A DNA stretch of 64,000 bases from an uncultured Chloroflexia bacterium. GTDB taxonomy: Bacteria > Chloroflexota > Anaerolineae > CG2-30-64-16. The first letter of the stretch is position 1. Every line of letters begins with the position of its first letter. Below the pieces are notes generated by a model, which was given only the letters and a program-made list of their open reading frames with translations, was not told the origin of the DNA and ran no database searches. The translations under genes were made by a program, and so were the position numbers. The DNA is taken from assembly GCA_963810095.1 (NCBI GenBank), contig CAWEMM010000002.1, forward strand, positions 292,414 to 356,413. Direction: 5' to 3'. This document shows, piece by piece, positions 22,112 through 32,123 of this stretch.

Positions 22112-22927
22112 TCATCGGACAGCCAAGAAACCGGGTTTCTCGAAGAAACCCGGCTTCTCCTCCACGGTCTCAGATCCCCTGGTCCCTGCCGCTTCGTCGT
22201 CGCCAGCGGCCGAACAAGGCCCGTCCCTCACGACGCGCCGCTCGTCCGACGCGATCAGCCCGTTGATCACCGTCACCGTGCGCGGGACCTGGCGGGCCAA
22301 CTCTTCGTTGTGGGTCACCATCACGAGCGTCGTGCCCTGGCTGGCCAGCCGGCAGAAGAGGCCGAACACCTCGTCCGAGGTGCGCGCATCCAGGTTCCCG
22401 GTGGGCTCGTCGGCCACCAATATCGGCGGCTGGTTGGCGAGCGCGCGGGCGATTGCCGCCCGTTGCTGCTGGCCGCCCGAGATTTGCGACGGCAGCTTGT
22501 GCCACTGGTCCTTCATCCCCACCAGTTCCAGCAGGCACATGGCCTGCTCGCGGCGGTCCTTCGGCTTGAGCCGCTTGGCGAAGTCCATGGGCAGCATGAT
22601 GTTCTGCACGAGGTTCAGGCTGGGCAGCAGCTGGAAGAACTGGAACACGATGCCTACGTCGGTGTTACGCCACCCGGCCAATTGGTTCTCATTCATCCGG
22701 TGCACGGCTCGCTCGTTGACGAAAACCTCTCCGGTGGTCGGGTGGTCGATCCCCGTGATCATGTTCAGCAGGGTCGACTTGCCGTTTCCAGACGGGCCAA
22801 CGATGGCGACGAACTCGCCGGGATGGATCTGGAGCGACACGCCGCGCAGCACCGTCACCTGCGCCTCGCCAGTCGGGAACGTCTTCACGACGTCCCGTAC
22901 GTCGATGATGGGCCGGTTGGGGATCAT
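22112..22927 (-). CDS. ABC transporter ATP-binding protein (LolD/MacB-type)
   Basis: GPSGNGKST, ISGGQQQR, ADEPTGNLD, VTH; start MIPNRP overlaps the upstream stop (ATGA). Confidence 0.9.
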   Translation of the reverse strand: MIPNRPIIDVRDVVKTFPTGEAQVTVLRGVSLQIHPGEFVAIVGPSGNGKSTLLNMITGIDHPTTGEVFVNERAVHRMNENQLAGWRNTDVGIVFQFFQLLPSLNLVQNIMLPMDFAKRLKPKDRREQAMCLLELVGMKDQWHKLPSQISGGQQQRAAIARALANQPPILVADEPTGNLDARTSDEVFGLFCRLASQGTTLVMVTHNEELARQVPRTVTVINGLIASDERRVVRDGPCSAAGDDEAAGTRGSETVEEKPGFFEKPGFLAVR

Positions 22928-24356
22928 GCGGCAGTACCTCCGAAAAACTCGCCGTGGTAACCGAACAGGATCGGGTGCGGCACTTCGGCACGGCCGATCT
23001 CGCCCAGCGACCCGGCGTCCAGGACAAGCAGGTACGAGGTCCCTCGCTGCGCATCGAGCACGACCGACAGCAGCACACCGTCGTCGTCGCGGATGCGGCC
23101 GGGCCGGCCCACGAACACCGGCTCGCCGGGGTAGTGGCCCGGGCAGTACCACGTCCAGGACTTCCCCAGCTGAACGTCGATCTTCGCGATCTGGTTATAG
23201 AAGCCGGTCGGGTTGCTCTTGCTGATGCTCGACGCGTAGACATAGCGGTAGCTACCGTCCATCGCGAACCGTTCGGAATCGAAGCGTGCCAGTTCGGCGC
23301 ACTCGTCTGAGAGCACCTCGTACTTCAGCCGGCCGTTCCGCTTGCCCCTCAGCGGCAGGCGGTAGCGGCGCAGGTGGCCGAACGGCAGCGCACTGGTCGC
23401 ACTCGCCAGCCGGTCGAGGAAGAACGCGTCGATGATCTGGTTGTCTTCATACGCGTCAATGTCGAGCACGATGTCGTCGCCCTCCTCCCACGCGTTGACG
23501 TGGTGAAAGGCGAAGAAGGGATCCGCGTCGAAGCGCGCCACCAACTCGCCCGAGTGCCGGTCAAGCACATAAAAGGGCGTGCCGCGCCGGGGCTCCCAGG
23601 TGAAGTTCTCGATGTAGGGCCGTAGCCACAGCAGCAGCGCCATCGGCTGCACGCGCAGCGGGAACTCGGTAAAGATGGCGTAACGCTTGGTCATGCCGAA
23701 GCTGTGCATGTAGGCCGGCTTCGTCGACGGCACCTGGCCGATCATCTTCCGCGCCCCGCGCCGTCAACCCGGTACAGGCGATAGTGGCTGACCGCATGGT
23801 AGCGGGTGACCAGGTTGTAGGTGCTGCCCTCTTCGCCGTCGAACTGCGGGTGCACCGTGGTCATCTGTCCCGTCAGGGGCTCATCCTCGTAGGTGAACAC
23901 GCCCGCGGTCTTCAGCGTTTCCAGGTCGAACTCCACCTGGATCGGCGTCTCGGCCAGCGCCATGTACTTCTCCGCGACCTTGGCGATGCTGACCTTGGCG
24001 TTGTCGCTGACCGTCGGCGAGAAGACGGACTGGATGCGGCTGAAGAGCGAGCGACAGGGGTCGGTCGCAAATTCGGCGTACGTAATGCGCCCGCGGGCCA
24101 TTGCGGAGCGGTAGGACTCGGTGTCCAGAAACTTGTTCGCGTAGCTGACCTGGCCGGCCCGAAACGAGAACTTGTGCAGCATGGACAGCCCGTCGAACCA
24201 GTGACGGTATTGCTCGGTTCCCACGTCGAACGTGCCGGGTCCGTTGCGCACCAGGTCGCCGGTCAACCACTCCGGAATGCTCCCCGTGACCGGGAGGCGG
24301 TCCAGCGTTAGCTCCCCGGCCCGGCTCAGAAACCCCAACTCGAAAACACTACTCAT
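22924..24356 (-). CDS. Carotenoid oxygenase (RPE65/BCO family), frameshift ~23750
   Basis: RNGPG, HWFDG, TTVHP, YMHSFG, FHHVNAWE, GEPVFV, FGYHGEF (four Fe-binding His). Confidence 0.9.
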
Positions 24357-24470
24357 GCGTCAATCCTTGAGAAACCAGGTTTCCTTCAGCAACGATCATC
24401 AACCACAAAGGCACGAAGACTCAAAGATTCACTAAGAGCAGAAAGCTTAGTGTGTCATCGTGCCATGTGG

Positions 24471-25991
24471 TTAGGCCGCCACGGGGCGCAGCTCACGCGC
24501 CTCTTCCCGCAGCGGCGACGGGTCGATCAGTTCGGCGGCGATCTTGCCCGATGCCAGCACCGCCGGAACGCCGGCGCCGGGATGCGTGCCCGCGCCGACA
24601 AAGTACAGGTTGTCGAATTCTTCAGACTGGTTGTGCGGCCGGAACCAGGCCAGCTGCATCAGGCTGGGCCGGATCGAGAACGCGGCGCCCTTATAGCTAT
24701 TCAGAACGTCGCGGAAATGCAGCGGGTCTATCATGTGCTCGGCCACGATGTTGTCCTGCAGGCCCGGCAGGTAGTTGTCTTCCAGGTGCTGCATGACCCG
24801 ATCGCGGTAGGGCCGGGCCGTCTTCACCCAGTCCGTGCCCGAGTCCAGATGCGGCACGGGCGCCAGGACGTAGAACGACTCCGTGCCCTCGGGCGCGATG
24901 CTCGCGTCGGTGATGGTCGGCATGTGCAGGTAGAGCGAAAAATCGTCGGGCAGCTGCCGCGCCGCGAAAATGTCGGACAGCAAGCCTTTGTACCGCTGGT
25001 TCAGAATGATGTTGTGGTGGTGAAACTTGCCGTCGAGATAGCGCCGCTTCGTCCCGAAATAGATCACCACCAGCGACATGCTGTAGGCCATCCGGTCGAT
25101 CTTGCGGTTCGTGTATTTGCGGCGGTACTGCTCGGGAATCAGGTAGCGGTAGGTCGAGGCCACGTCGCCGTTTGAAACTACCACGTCCGCGGTGTCCACC
25201 GTGCCGTCGGGCAGGCGCACCCCTACGACCCGGCGGTCCTTGGTCACAATTTCCTTGATCTCCGTGTTGAAGTACACCTTGCCGCCGAGGTCGGTGAAGA
25301 GCTTGCCGAGCCCGGCCACCGCCGCGCCCGTGCCGCCGATTGCATAGTGGACGCCCCACTGCTTCTCGAACTGCGCCACGAGGGTGTACACCGAGGGCGT
25401 GTCGAACGGGTTGCCGCCGACCAGCAGCGGGTGGAACGAGAAGACCCGGCGCAGAAAGTCGTCTTTGATGTAGCGGGCCACGTGGGTGTACGTGCCGAGA
25501 AATGCTTGCAGCCGGATGATATCGGGCATGATCTTGAGCATGTCCGTCAGGCGCAGGAACGGCCGCTCGGTCAGGCCGTTGAACGCGTGGAACACCTCTT
25601 CCGTCAGGCGCACGTAGCGGCGGTAACCGTCCACGTCCCCGGGGTTGAACTTCTCGATCTCGGCGATGGTCTCGTCCGTGCCGCGCCAGTAGTTGAAGCC
25701 GCGGCCATTCTGGTCGAAGATGCGGTAGAACGGATCGAGCGGGGTGAGGGTGAAATAGTCTTCGCGGCGGCGGCCTGCGGCTTCGAAGATTTCGTCGAAG
25801 AAATCGGGAACGGTCAGGACCGTCGGACCAGCGTCGAACTTGAAGCCGTTGATCTCGTATTGATAGGCACGGCCGCCCAGCTTGTCGCGTTTTTCGTATA
25901 GCGTGACGTCATGCCCCTTGGCCGCCAGCCGGCATGCCGCGCCGAGCCCGCCAAATCCGCTGCCGATCACAATCACCCGCTTCCGATCCAT
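24471..25991 (-). CDS. crtI: Phytoene desaturase
   Basis: MDRKRVIVIGSGFGG, FDAGPTV, FHPLLVGGNPF, FSLYLH, YFVGAGTHPGAGVP; own RBS (GAGAGGA) before ATG 25991. Confidence 0.92.
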   Translation of the reverse strand: MDRKRVIVIGSGFGGLGAACRLAAKGHDVTLYEKRDKLGGRAYQYEINGFKFDAGPTVLTVPDFFDEIFEAAGRRREDYFTLTPLDPFYRIFDQNGRGFNYWRGTDETIAEIEKFNPGDVDGYRRYVRLTEEVFHAFNGLTERPFLRLTDMLKIMPDIIRLQAFLGTYTHVARYIKDDFLRRVFSFHPLLVGGNPFDTPSVYTLVAQFEKQWGVHYAIGGTGAAVAGLGKLFTDLGGKVYFNTEIKEIVTKDRRVVGVRLPDGTVDTADVVVSNGDVASTYRYLIPEQYRRKYTNRKIDRMAYSMSLVVIYFGTKRRYLDGKFHHHNIILNQRYKGLLSDIFAARQLPDDFSLYLHMPTITDASIAPEGTESFYVLAPVPHLDSGTDWVKTARPYRDRVMQHLEDNYLPGLQDNIVAEHMIDPLHFRDVLNSYKGAAFSIRPSLMQLAWFRPHNQSEEFDNLYFVGAGTHPGAGVPAVLASGKIAAELIDPSPLREEARELRPVAA

Positions 25992-26056
25992 GCTTCCTCT
26001 CTCTTTCTCTTGCGCACACCTCCGAGGACGTCCGATCCTCGGGGGTCTTGGCCTGA

Positions 26057-27068
26057 TTAGGCCAACGAGACCGGCGCACCGGTGACTTCGGGCTGTCCGA
26101 GCTCGGGCTGGCGGTACGCGCCCGTGGCGCGACCGCCACCAGATGCCGGGCAGCCGGCGCAGCTTGCCCGTCGTGCCTACGTGCGCGCGACGGCTGAAAA
26201 CATCGTAGTCGTGGTTCTCGATATCCCTCAGGATGGCCCGGTAAAGTTCCGCGGCCGCGCCGATCGCAAAGCGGCCCGTCGAATCCAAGTAGGCGATTCC
26301 CGGGATGGCTTCGGCGTAAAGCTGCTTGTTGCGCTCCACCTGGAAGCGCATGAAGCGCCGCCAGCGATCCGTGGTGCTCCCGGCGTCGATGTCGGCGTCG
26401 CTCAGCCCAAACTCCTTCAGTTCATCCTGCGGCAGGTACACTCGGCCCGCCACCCAGTCCTCCCGCACGTCGCGCAGGATATTGGTCACTTGCATCGCCA
26501 CGCCCAGCTTTACCGCGTACGGGATCGCGTCGCTCGCGGCGGTATCGTCGCTGAAGCCGATGATGTGCATCGACATCAGGCCCACGGTCGACGCTACGCC
26601 GTAGCAGTAGACGGCGAGCTCGTCGAAGTTCGCATAACGCTTCTTCTGCAAATCGGACGCGACGCCCATCACCAACTGCTCCGCATAGCGGGTCGGGATC
26701 TGATACCGTGCGCGTGTGTCGGCCCAAGCTACGGCCACTGGGTTATCGCACGGGGGCGGCCACGCCATCGCACACTCACGCCACGCGGCCAGGCCCTCGG
26801 CGAGATCACCTTGCGCTCGGTCGATCAGGTCGTCCGTGATGCGGCAAAACGCATACAGCGAGCGCACAGCTTTACGCTTCTCAAAGGGCAGGGGCCGCGA
26901 GGCCATGTAGAACGTGTGGCTGTGCTGGTTCGCCATGTCGTCACACACCGCGTACGCCTCGTCCAGGCCGGGATAGCCCTCCAGCGGCTCGGGCAGTGAT
27001 TCGTGTTCGAGACCCTGTTGCGCCATCGCCAACAGCGTGTGTTCCCAGGCTCGATTGTTCGTGCTCAT
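26057..27068 (-). CDS. crtB: Phytoene synthase (single-base error near the 3' end fuses it in frame to crtI)
   Basis: HSHTFY, LYAFCRITDD, YCYGVASTVG, NILRDVRED, RVYLP. Removing one C at ~26125 gives ...TGAYRQPELGQPEVTGAPVSLA-TAA(26057). Confidence 0.9.
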
Positions 27069-27148
27069 CCTGTCGCTCCCCGCCGTCGCCGGCCGAAGGC
27101 ATCGTCGTGACGCCTGGTCCCATGCTGGCTGTTCGATCCAATGGCGGC

Positions 27149-27199
27149 ACTATATCACGTCTGCACGCCGTTGTCAATAGATTGTATAGGGAATGTATA
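27149..27199 (-). promoter_or_regulatory. crtB promoter with CarH/LitR-type operator (three 11-bp direct repeats)
   Basis: Minus strand TATACA(27194-99)-N5-TATACA(27183-88)-N5-TTGACA(27172-77)-N17-TATAGT(27149-54). Confidence 0.8.
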
Positions 27200-27320
27200 A
27201 CTTTTAAGCTAATGCTAACATGAGATGGACGCGAGTGCGAAACATCCCGACTCGGCCAAGTCCGGATCACGGTTTCTCGCGGTTTCTCCGCCCACAGTGA
27301 AGATCGTGTACAATCGAGGC

Positions 27321-28016
27321 ATGGATCGAGCCTCCTGGGATCAGTTGCATGCCGAGGTGATTGCGTGCCGGCTTTGCCCCCGCCTGGTCGAGTGGCGCGA
27401 GGAGACGGCGCGCGTCAAGCGGCGGGCTTACCGCGGAGAGGAATATTGGGGCCGTCCCATTCCCGGCTGGGGCGATCCCGACGCGCGGGTGCTGGTGGTG
27501 GGCCTCGCGCCCGCCGCACATGGTGGCAACCGTACCGGGCGCATCTTCACCGGCGACAGCTCGGGCGACTTCTTGTTCGCCGCGCTGCACCGGGCCGGCT
27601 TTGCGAACCAGCCGGTGTCGAGCCACCGGGGCGACGGCCTGGCCCTGACCGACATGTACATTGCCGCCGCAGCCCGCTGCGCCCCGCCCGACAACAAGCC
27701 CACTCCCGCCGAATTGGACACGTGCCGGCCATTTCTCCGGCGGGAGATTGCCCTGCTGGACCGGGTCGAGGTGGTGGTCGCGCTGGGCCGCATCGGCTTC
27801 GAGGCCTTTCTCAGGGTGTACGAGGGCCGGCCGGGCTTCCTGGGCCGCACGACTCTGCTGAGCCAGTTCGCGCACGCGGCTGTGCTCCCGCTTGGTTCCG
27901 GCCTCCCCGTCGCCGTCACTTCCTACCACCCTTCGCGTCAGAACACGCAGACCGGCCGCCTGACCGCCGCGATGTTCGACCGCGTGTGGGTCACCGTACG
28001 GGAACTGATGAGGTGA
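27321..28016 (+). CDS. Uracil-DNA glycosylase family 5 (UdgB-like)
   Basis: CRLCPRL Fe-S ligands, GLAPAAHGGNRTGRIFTGD, RCAPPDNKP, YHPSRQNT. Confidence 0.9.
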   Translation: MDRASWDQLHAEVIACRLCPRLVEWREETARVKRRAYRGEEYWGRPIPGWGDPDARVLVVGLAPAAHGGNRTGRIFTGDSSGDFLFAALHRAGFANQPVSSHRGDGLALTDMYIAAAARCAPPDNKPTPAELDTCRPFLRREIALLDRVEVVVALGRIGFEAFLRVYEGRPGFLGRTTLLSQFAHAAVLPLGSGLPVAVTSYHPSRQNTQTGRLTAAMFDRVWVTVRELMR

Positions 28017-28095
28017 GCGGGCTGCGCCTCACCACCAACACACGAAGACACGAAGGTATTACAATGCTCTGGCAGCTTACTGAAGAGGAGTCCAC

Positions 28096-29281
28096 ATGCG
28101 CCGACTAAACGAGATCCAGGCCGCCTTGCGTGATGAGAGGCTGGACGGCTGGCTGCTGTATGACTTCAAAGGCATGAATCCGATCGCTCGCAGCGCGGCT
28201 GGCGTCCCGGCTGACCGCTTCCTGAGCCGCCGCTGGGCGTGCTACATCCCCGCATCGGGCGAGCCCCGCTGGCTCTTCCACGGCATCGAGGCGGGCGGCA
28301 TGCAGGACCTGGCACCCAACGCGCAGCGTTACGTCTCTTGGGCTGACTGGCCCGAGGCCCTGCGGACTCTCACACGCGGCGCGCAACGGATCGCAATGGA
28401 GGTTTCGCCCGGCTGCGCCATTCCCTACGTCAGCCGGGTCGATGCGGGCACGCTGGAGTTGGTGCGCGGCCTGGGCTTGGAAGTAGTCACTTCGGCCGAC
28501 CTGGTGCAGGTGGCCGAGGCTGTGTGGACACCCGAGCAATTGGCCAGCCATCGACGGGCGGTGGAAATCCTGCTCCAGGTCAAGGAGGACACGTTCGCAC
28601 ACGTGCGCCACCGCCTGGCGGGCGGCGAGCGGGTGACAGAGTGCGGCGTCCAGGACTATATGATGGGCCGGTTTGCCGACTTCGCCCTCGAGACGGACCA
28701 CCCGCCCATTGTGGGCGTCAACGCGGCACGGCGCAGACCCGCACTTTGCCCCGAACCGGGAGCGCGACACCGAACTTCGACCGGGCGATTTCCTCCTGAT
28801 CGACCTGTGGGGCAAGGAGCCCGACCCGGACGCCATCGTGGGCGACATTACCTGGGTGGCTTACGCGGGGCAAAGCGTGCCTGCGCTGGCCCGGCAGGTG
28901 TTTGACGTAGTTAAGGCCGCACGCGACCGGGCCGTCGCGTACGCCCGCGACGGGCTGGCCTCAGGCCGCCCGGTGTACGGCTATGAGGTCGACGACGCAT
29001 GCCGCCAGGTGATCGTGGATGCCGGCTACGGTCCGTACTTCATTCACCGCACGGGGCATAGCATCGGAACCGCGGGCCACGGCAACGGCGTCAATATTGA
29101 CAACCTGGAGACGCAGGACCGCCGCCGGCTGATGCCCGGCGTTGGTTTCTCAGTCGAGCCGGGTATCTACCTGCCGCACGAGGGATTTGGCGTGCGGCTC
29201 GAAATCGATTGTTACGTTGCCGGAAACGACATCGAGGTCACGACGCTGCCCCTGCAGAACGAGTGGGTGCTGCTCCTCTGA
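28096..29281 (+). CDS. Xaa-Pro aminopeptidase, M24 family (frameshift ~28725)
   Basis: DPH, LIDLW, DITW, HRTGHSIG, SVEPGIY, GVRLE. Confidence 0.85.
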
Positions 29282-29318
29282 CCGATAGCGCGTGCCCGGC
29301 ATTCGGAAACGGGTGAAC

Positions 29319-29952
29319 ATGAAAAAGTGGATTCTCCTAATCCTGCTGTTGGTCGTGATCGCCGCCGTGGCCGGCGCATGCGGGCGGAGCAGCCGCCGCC
29401 AGGGCGGTGAGTGGACGCCCGCGCCGGTGACGGGCAGCCTCGCCATTGGGACAAGGGTCCCTGAGCTGGTGCCCCCTGCGGTTGAGGCGACGCAGTTGCC
29501 GGCGCAGGCCGCAACGCCGGATGCGATCCTGCCGACCCGCCGCGCCTGTGGCTAGTGTGGCTGCGCCGACAGCGGCCTCGACGCGCGATCCCAACCTCGT
29601 CACGATCACCGAGGCGGACGTGCTGCGTGCGGTCACTTCAGGCGCGGCGGCCGAGCAGGGCGCCACCCTGGATAACGTGGGCGTGAAGTTTACAGCCGAC
29701 GGCAAGATGATCCTTACGGCCGGCCGGGTAGGCTATGGGTTCGTTAACGCGGACAATGTCACCCTGGTGGGCCGCTTGGTCGCCGTCAACGGCAAGCTCG
29801 AGCTGCAGACGGAGTCGATCACGCCGCGGGGCCTCGTCACGGCGATGATTCCGACGATTGCCAACCAGGCGCTGCAGAATTACACGTCCAAGTGGTACAT
29901 CGAAGACGTGCGCACGACGGAGGGCAAGATCGAGCTGCGCGTGCGGCCGTAG
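29319..29952 (+). CDS. Putative lipoprotein (frameshift ~29540)
   Basis: MKKWILLILLLVVIAAVAGAC lipobox-like segment, PTA-rich linker, globular C-terminal part in the second frame. Confidence 0.55.
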
Positions 29953-29987
29953 CTTGACTTCTTGCTCGTTGGGGGCGAGATCGCCCC

Positions 29988-30400
29988 TGTACGTCTCGGA
30001 TCGGGCTTCTTACATGTTGGGGGCGAGATCGCCCCCAACACCCCCGACAAGGGGCTGCGCCCCCTTGACCCCTCAAAACCACGCTGCCAGGCAGAGGACG
30101 CCCAGGTACAATCGCGTCTCTACGCGCCGGCGGCGCATCATGGTCAGTTCCCCGCAGACGTGCGTCCGTGGCGGGCGCAGCGAATGCGGTCGCCTGCGAC
30201 ACGGCCAGTTCCCCGCAGCCGTGCGTCCGTGGCGGGCGCAGCGAATGCCGTGGCTGCGACACGGCCAGTTCCCCGCAGACGTCGTGACATCTTGTTACTG
30301 ACGCGCCCGGGTCCGTTCCCCACACGAACGGTTTCGTGCACGCATGTGTGGTGCCCCTTAGGCCTTTGGGGGTCGAGGGGGCGCCAGCCCCCCGGCGGGG
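29988..30400. repeat. Intergenic repeat cluster: GGGGGCGAGATCGCCCC palindromes, GGGGCTGCGCCCC REP-like units and a 60-61 bp tandem repeat
   Basis: Two gggggcgagatcgcccc copies; ggggctgcgcccccttgacccc (~30051) with an inverted relative (~30368) and another at 47603-47638; 2.3 copies of cagttccccgcagmcgtgcgtccgtggcgggcgcagcgaatgc...gcgacacggc at 30145-30282. Confidence 0.7.
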
Positions 30401-30473
30401 TTGGCAGGGGCCGGCCGGCCCCTGCCCAGAAAACAAGAAAGCGTCGCCTGCTGCGCCCGGCGCGCCCGGCTGC

Positions 30474-30502
30474 TTGCGAAGCGAAGCACAAACCGCTACA
30501 AT
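30474..30502 (+). promoter_or_regulatory. Putative sigma70 promoter of sod
   Basis: TTGCGA-N17-TACAAT, 46 nt upstream of the ATG. Confidence 0.5.
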
Positions 30503-30547
30503 GCTCCCTAGCGACGTTCCGGTCGATGGTGAACAGGAGCATGAGCG

Positions 30548-31141
30548 ATGGCGTTCGAATTGCCGGCCCTACCGTACCCCGAGACTGCATTGGAGCCGCA
30601 TTACAGCGCGAAGACCTTCAGCTTCCATTACGGGAAGCATCACAAGGCCTACGTGGATAATCTCAACAAGCTGCTGCCCGGCAGCCCCTACGAGAACAAC
30701 TCCCTCGAAGAGATCATCCGCCAGACTGCGGGCGATTTGACAAAGGCGCCCTTCTTCAACAATGCGGCCCAGGTGTGGAACCACACCTTCTTTTGGAATT
30801 CCATGAAGCCGGGCGGCGGCGGCCGACCCACCGGCTTGCTCGCCGAGCGGATCGACCAGAGCTTCGGCAGCTATGAGAAGTTCGCCGAGCAGTTCAAGGC
30901 GGCCGCGGTGGGCCGGTTCGGCAGCGGATGGGCCTGGCTCATCAGCGAGCTCGGGGAGCTGAAGATCATCAGCACGCCAAATGCCGAAAACCCGATGTCG
31001 CTGGGCAAGGTCGGGCTCCTGACCGTCGACGTGTGGGAGCACGCCTACTACCTCGATTATCAGAACCGCCGGCCCGATTTCGTCCAGGCATTCCTCGATA
31101 ACCTGGTCAATTGGGATTTCGCAGCGCAGAACCTGGCCTAA
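30548..31141 (+). CDS. sodB: Superoxide dismutase [Fe]
   Basis: HYGKHH, FNNAAQVWNHTFFW, FGSGWAWL, DVWEHAYY; AAQ signature of the Fe type. Confidence 0.9.
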   Translation: MAFELPALPYPETALEPHYSAKTFSFHYGKHHKAYVDNLNKLLPGSPYENNSLEEIIRQTAGDLTKAPFFNNAAQVWNHTFFWNSMKPGGGGRPTGLLAERIDQSFGSYEKFAEQFKAAAVGRFGSGWAWLISELGELKIISTPNAENPMSLGKVGLLTVDVWEHAYYLDYQNRRPDFVQAFLDNLVNWDFAAQNLA

Positions 31142-31175
31142 GCACAAGATCAGCAACGGTGCCTCGCGCAAGCAA

Positions 31176-31206
31176 CACCTTCGGGGTCTTCCAGACCCCG
31201 AAGGTG
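31176..31206. terminator. Perfect 14-bp hairpin after sod (terminator or REP)
   Basis: CACCTTCGGGGTCT-TCC-AGACCCCGAAGGTG; no clear U-tract. Confidence 0.45.
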
Positions 31207-31298
31207 GCTCAATACTTTCGCCTGCCGCCGCTCAAAAGCGGGGCCACAGGGCCCGACGCCATTTCCCCACCAGTCAACTTATGGTGTAGAATTCCATC

Positions 31299-32027
31299 GT
31301 GAATGATCCTCTAACTTCCCTCCAGAGCGAAAGTTGTCTGCAGCGCATTCTGGTCGTCGACGACGACCAAGCCATCCGCCGCCTGCTTAAGGACAAGCTG
31401 GAGGGTGCCGGCTACGAAGTCTGGGCCGCCGAATCCGGCGATCACGCTTTAGAGGTGATCGGGCGCCGCGGCATGCCTCATCTTGCGATCGTGGACATCA
31501 ACATGCCGGGCATGAACGGGTTGCGCTTCTGCGAAGCGGTCCAGCAGTTCAGCGATCTGCCCGTGATAATGCTCAGCGCGGTGGATGAGGAAGAGACGGT
31601 GGTCGCGAGCATCATGCGGTATGCGGAAGACTATGTCACCAAGCCCTTCAGCCCGCGTGAGCTGGTGGCGCGCGTGCAGCGGGTTTTGCGCCGCATCGGC
31701 GATTATCGCTACACGTGGGACGTGGAGACCCGGGTGGACGACTTCCTGGTCGTTGATATCCCACATCAACGGGCTCTCGCGGGCGAGCGAGTTGTCCCAC
31801 TGACACCCACTGAGACCAAGCTGCTCTACCTGCTGATGCGCAACGCCGGTCACTCGGTCAGCACCGATTTCCTGCTCCGCCGCCTCTGGCCGATGGAGGA
31901 TGTGTTCGAAGATACGCTGCGCGTCCACATCCACCGCCTGCGCCAGAAGATCGAGCCCGCGCCCGCCCGGCCGCGTTACGTGCTCACGCAGCGCGGTGTT
32001 GGATACACTTTTCCGGCTAACAAGTAG
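31299..32027 (+). CDS. OmpR-family response regulator
   Basis: LVVDDD, VDINMPGMNG, DYVTKPF, LTPTE, LRVHIHRLRQKIE, RGVGY. Confidence 0.92.
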   Translation: MNDPLTSLQSESCLQRILVVDDDQAIRRLLKDKLEGAGYEVWAAESGDHALEVIGRRGMPHLAIVDINMPGMNGLRFCEAVQQFSDLPVIMLSAVDEEETVVASIMRYAEDYVTKPFSPRELVARVQRVLRRIGDYRYTWDVETRVDDFLVVDIPHQRALAGERVVPLTPTETKLLYLLMRNAGHSVSTDFLLRRLWPMEDVFEDTLRVHIHRLRQKIEPAPARPRYVLTQRGVGYTFPANK

Positions 32028-32123
32028 TCGCCCGCTTCTGGCGCCCTGATCCTGCTCCATTGTCGATCGCATGGGCCGTCATTTACACCGTAACCTTTAC
32101 AGCCTAACTTATGGGAGGTTCTC

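Noticed and set aside
24471-27068. 865-aa CrtB-CrtI fusion in the ORF track
   Set aside because: The linker reads like off-frame text, crtI has its own strong RBS, and deleting one base at ~26125 restores a natural crtB stop at 26057; the sequence is indel-prone.
30145-30282. CRISPR array (GTTCCCCGC start, ~61-bp period resembling type I-E)
   Set aside because: The would-be spacers are near-identical, there are only 2.3 units, the I-E palindrome and GGATAAACCG-type end are missing, and no cas genes are present.
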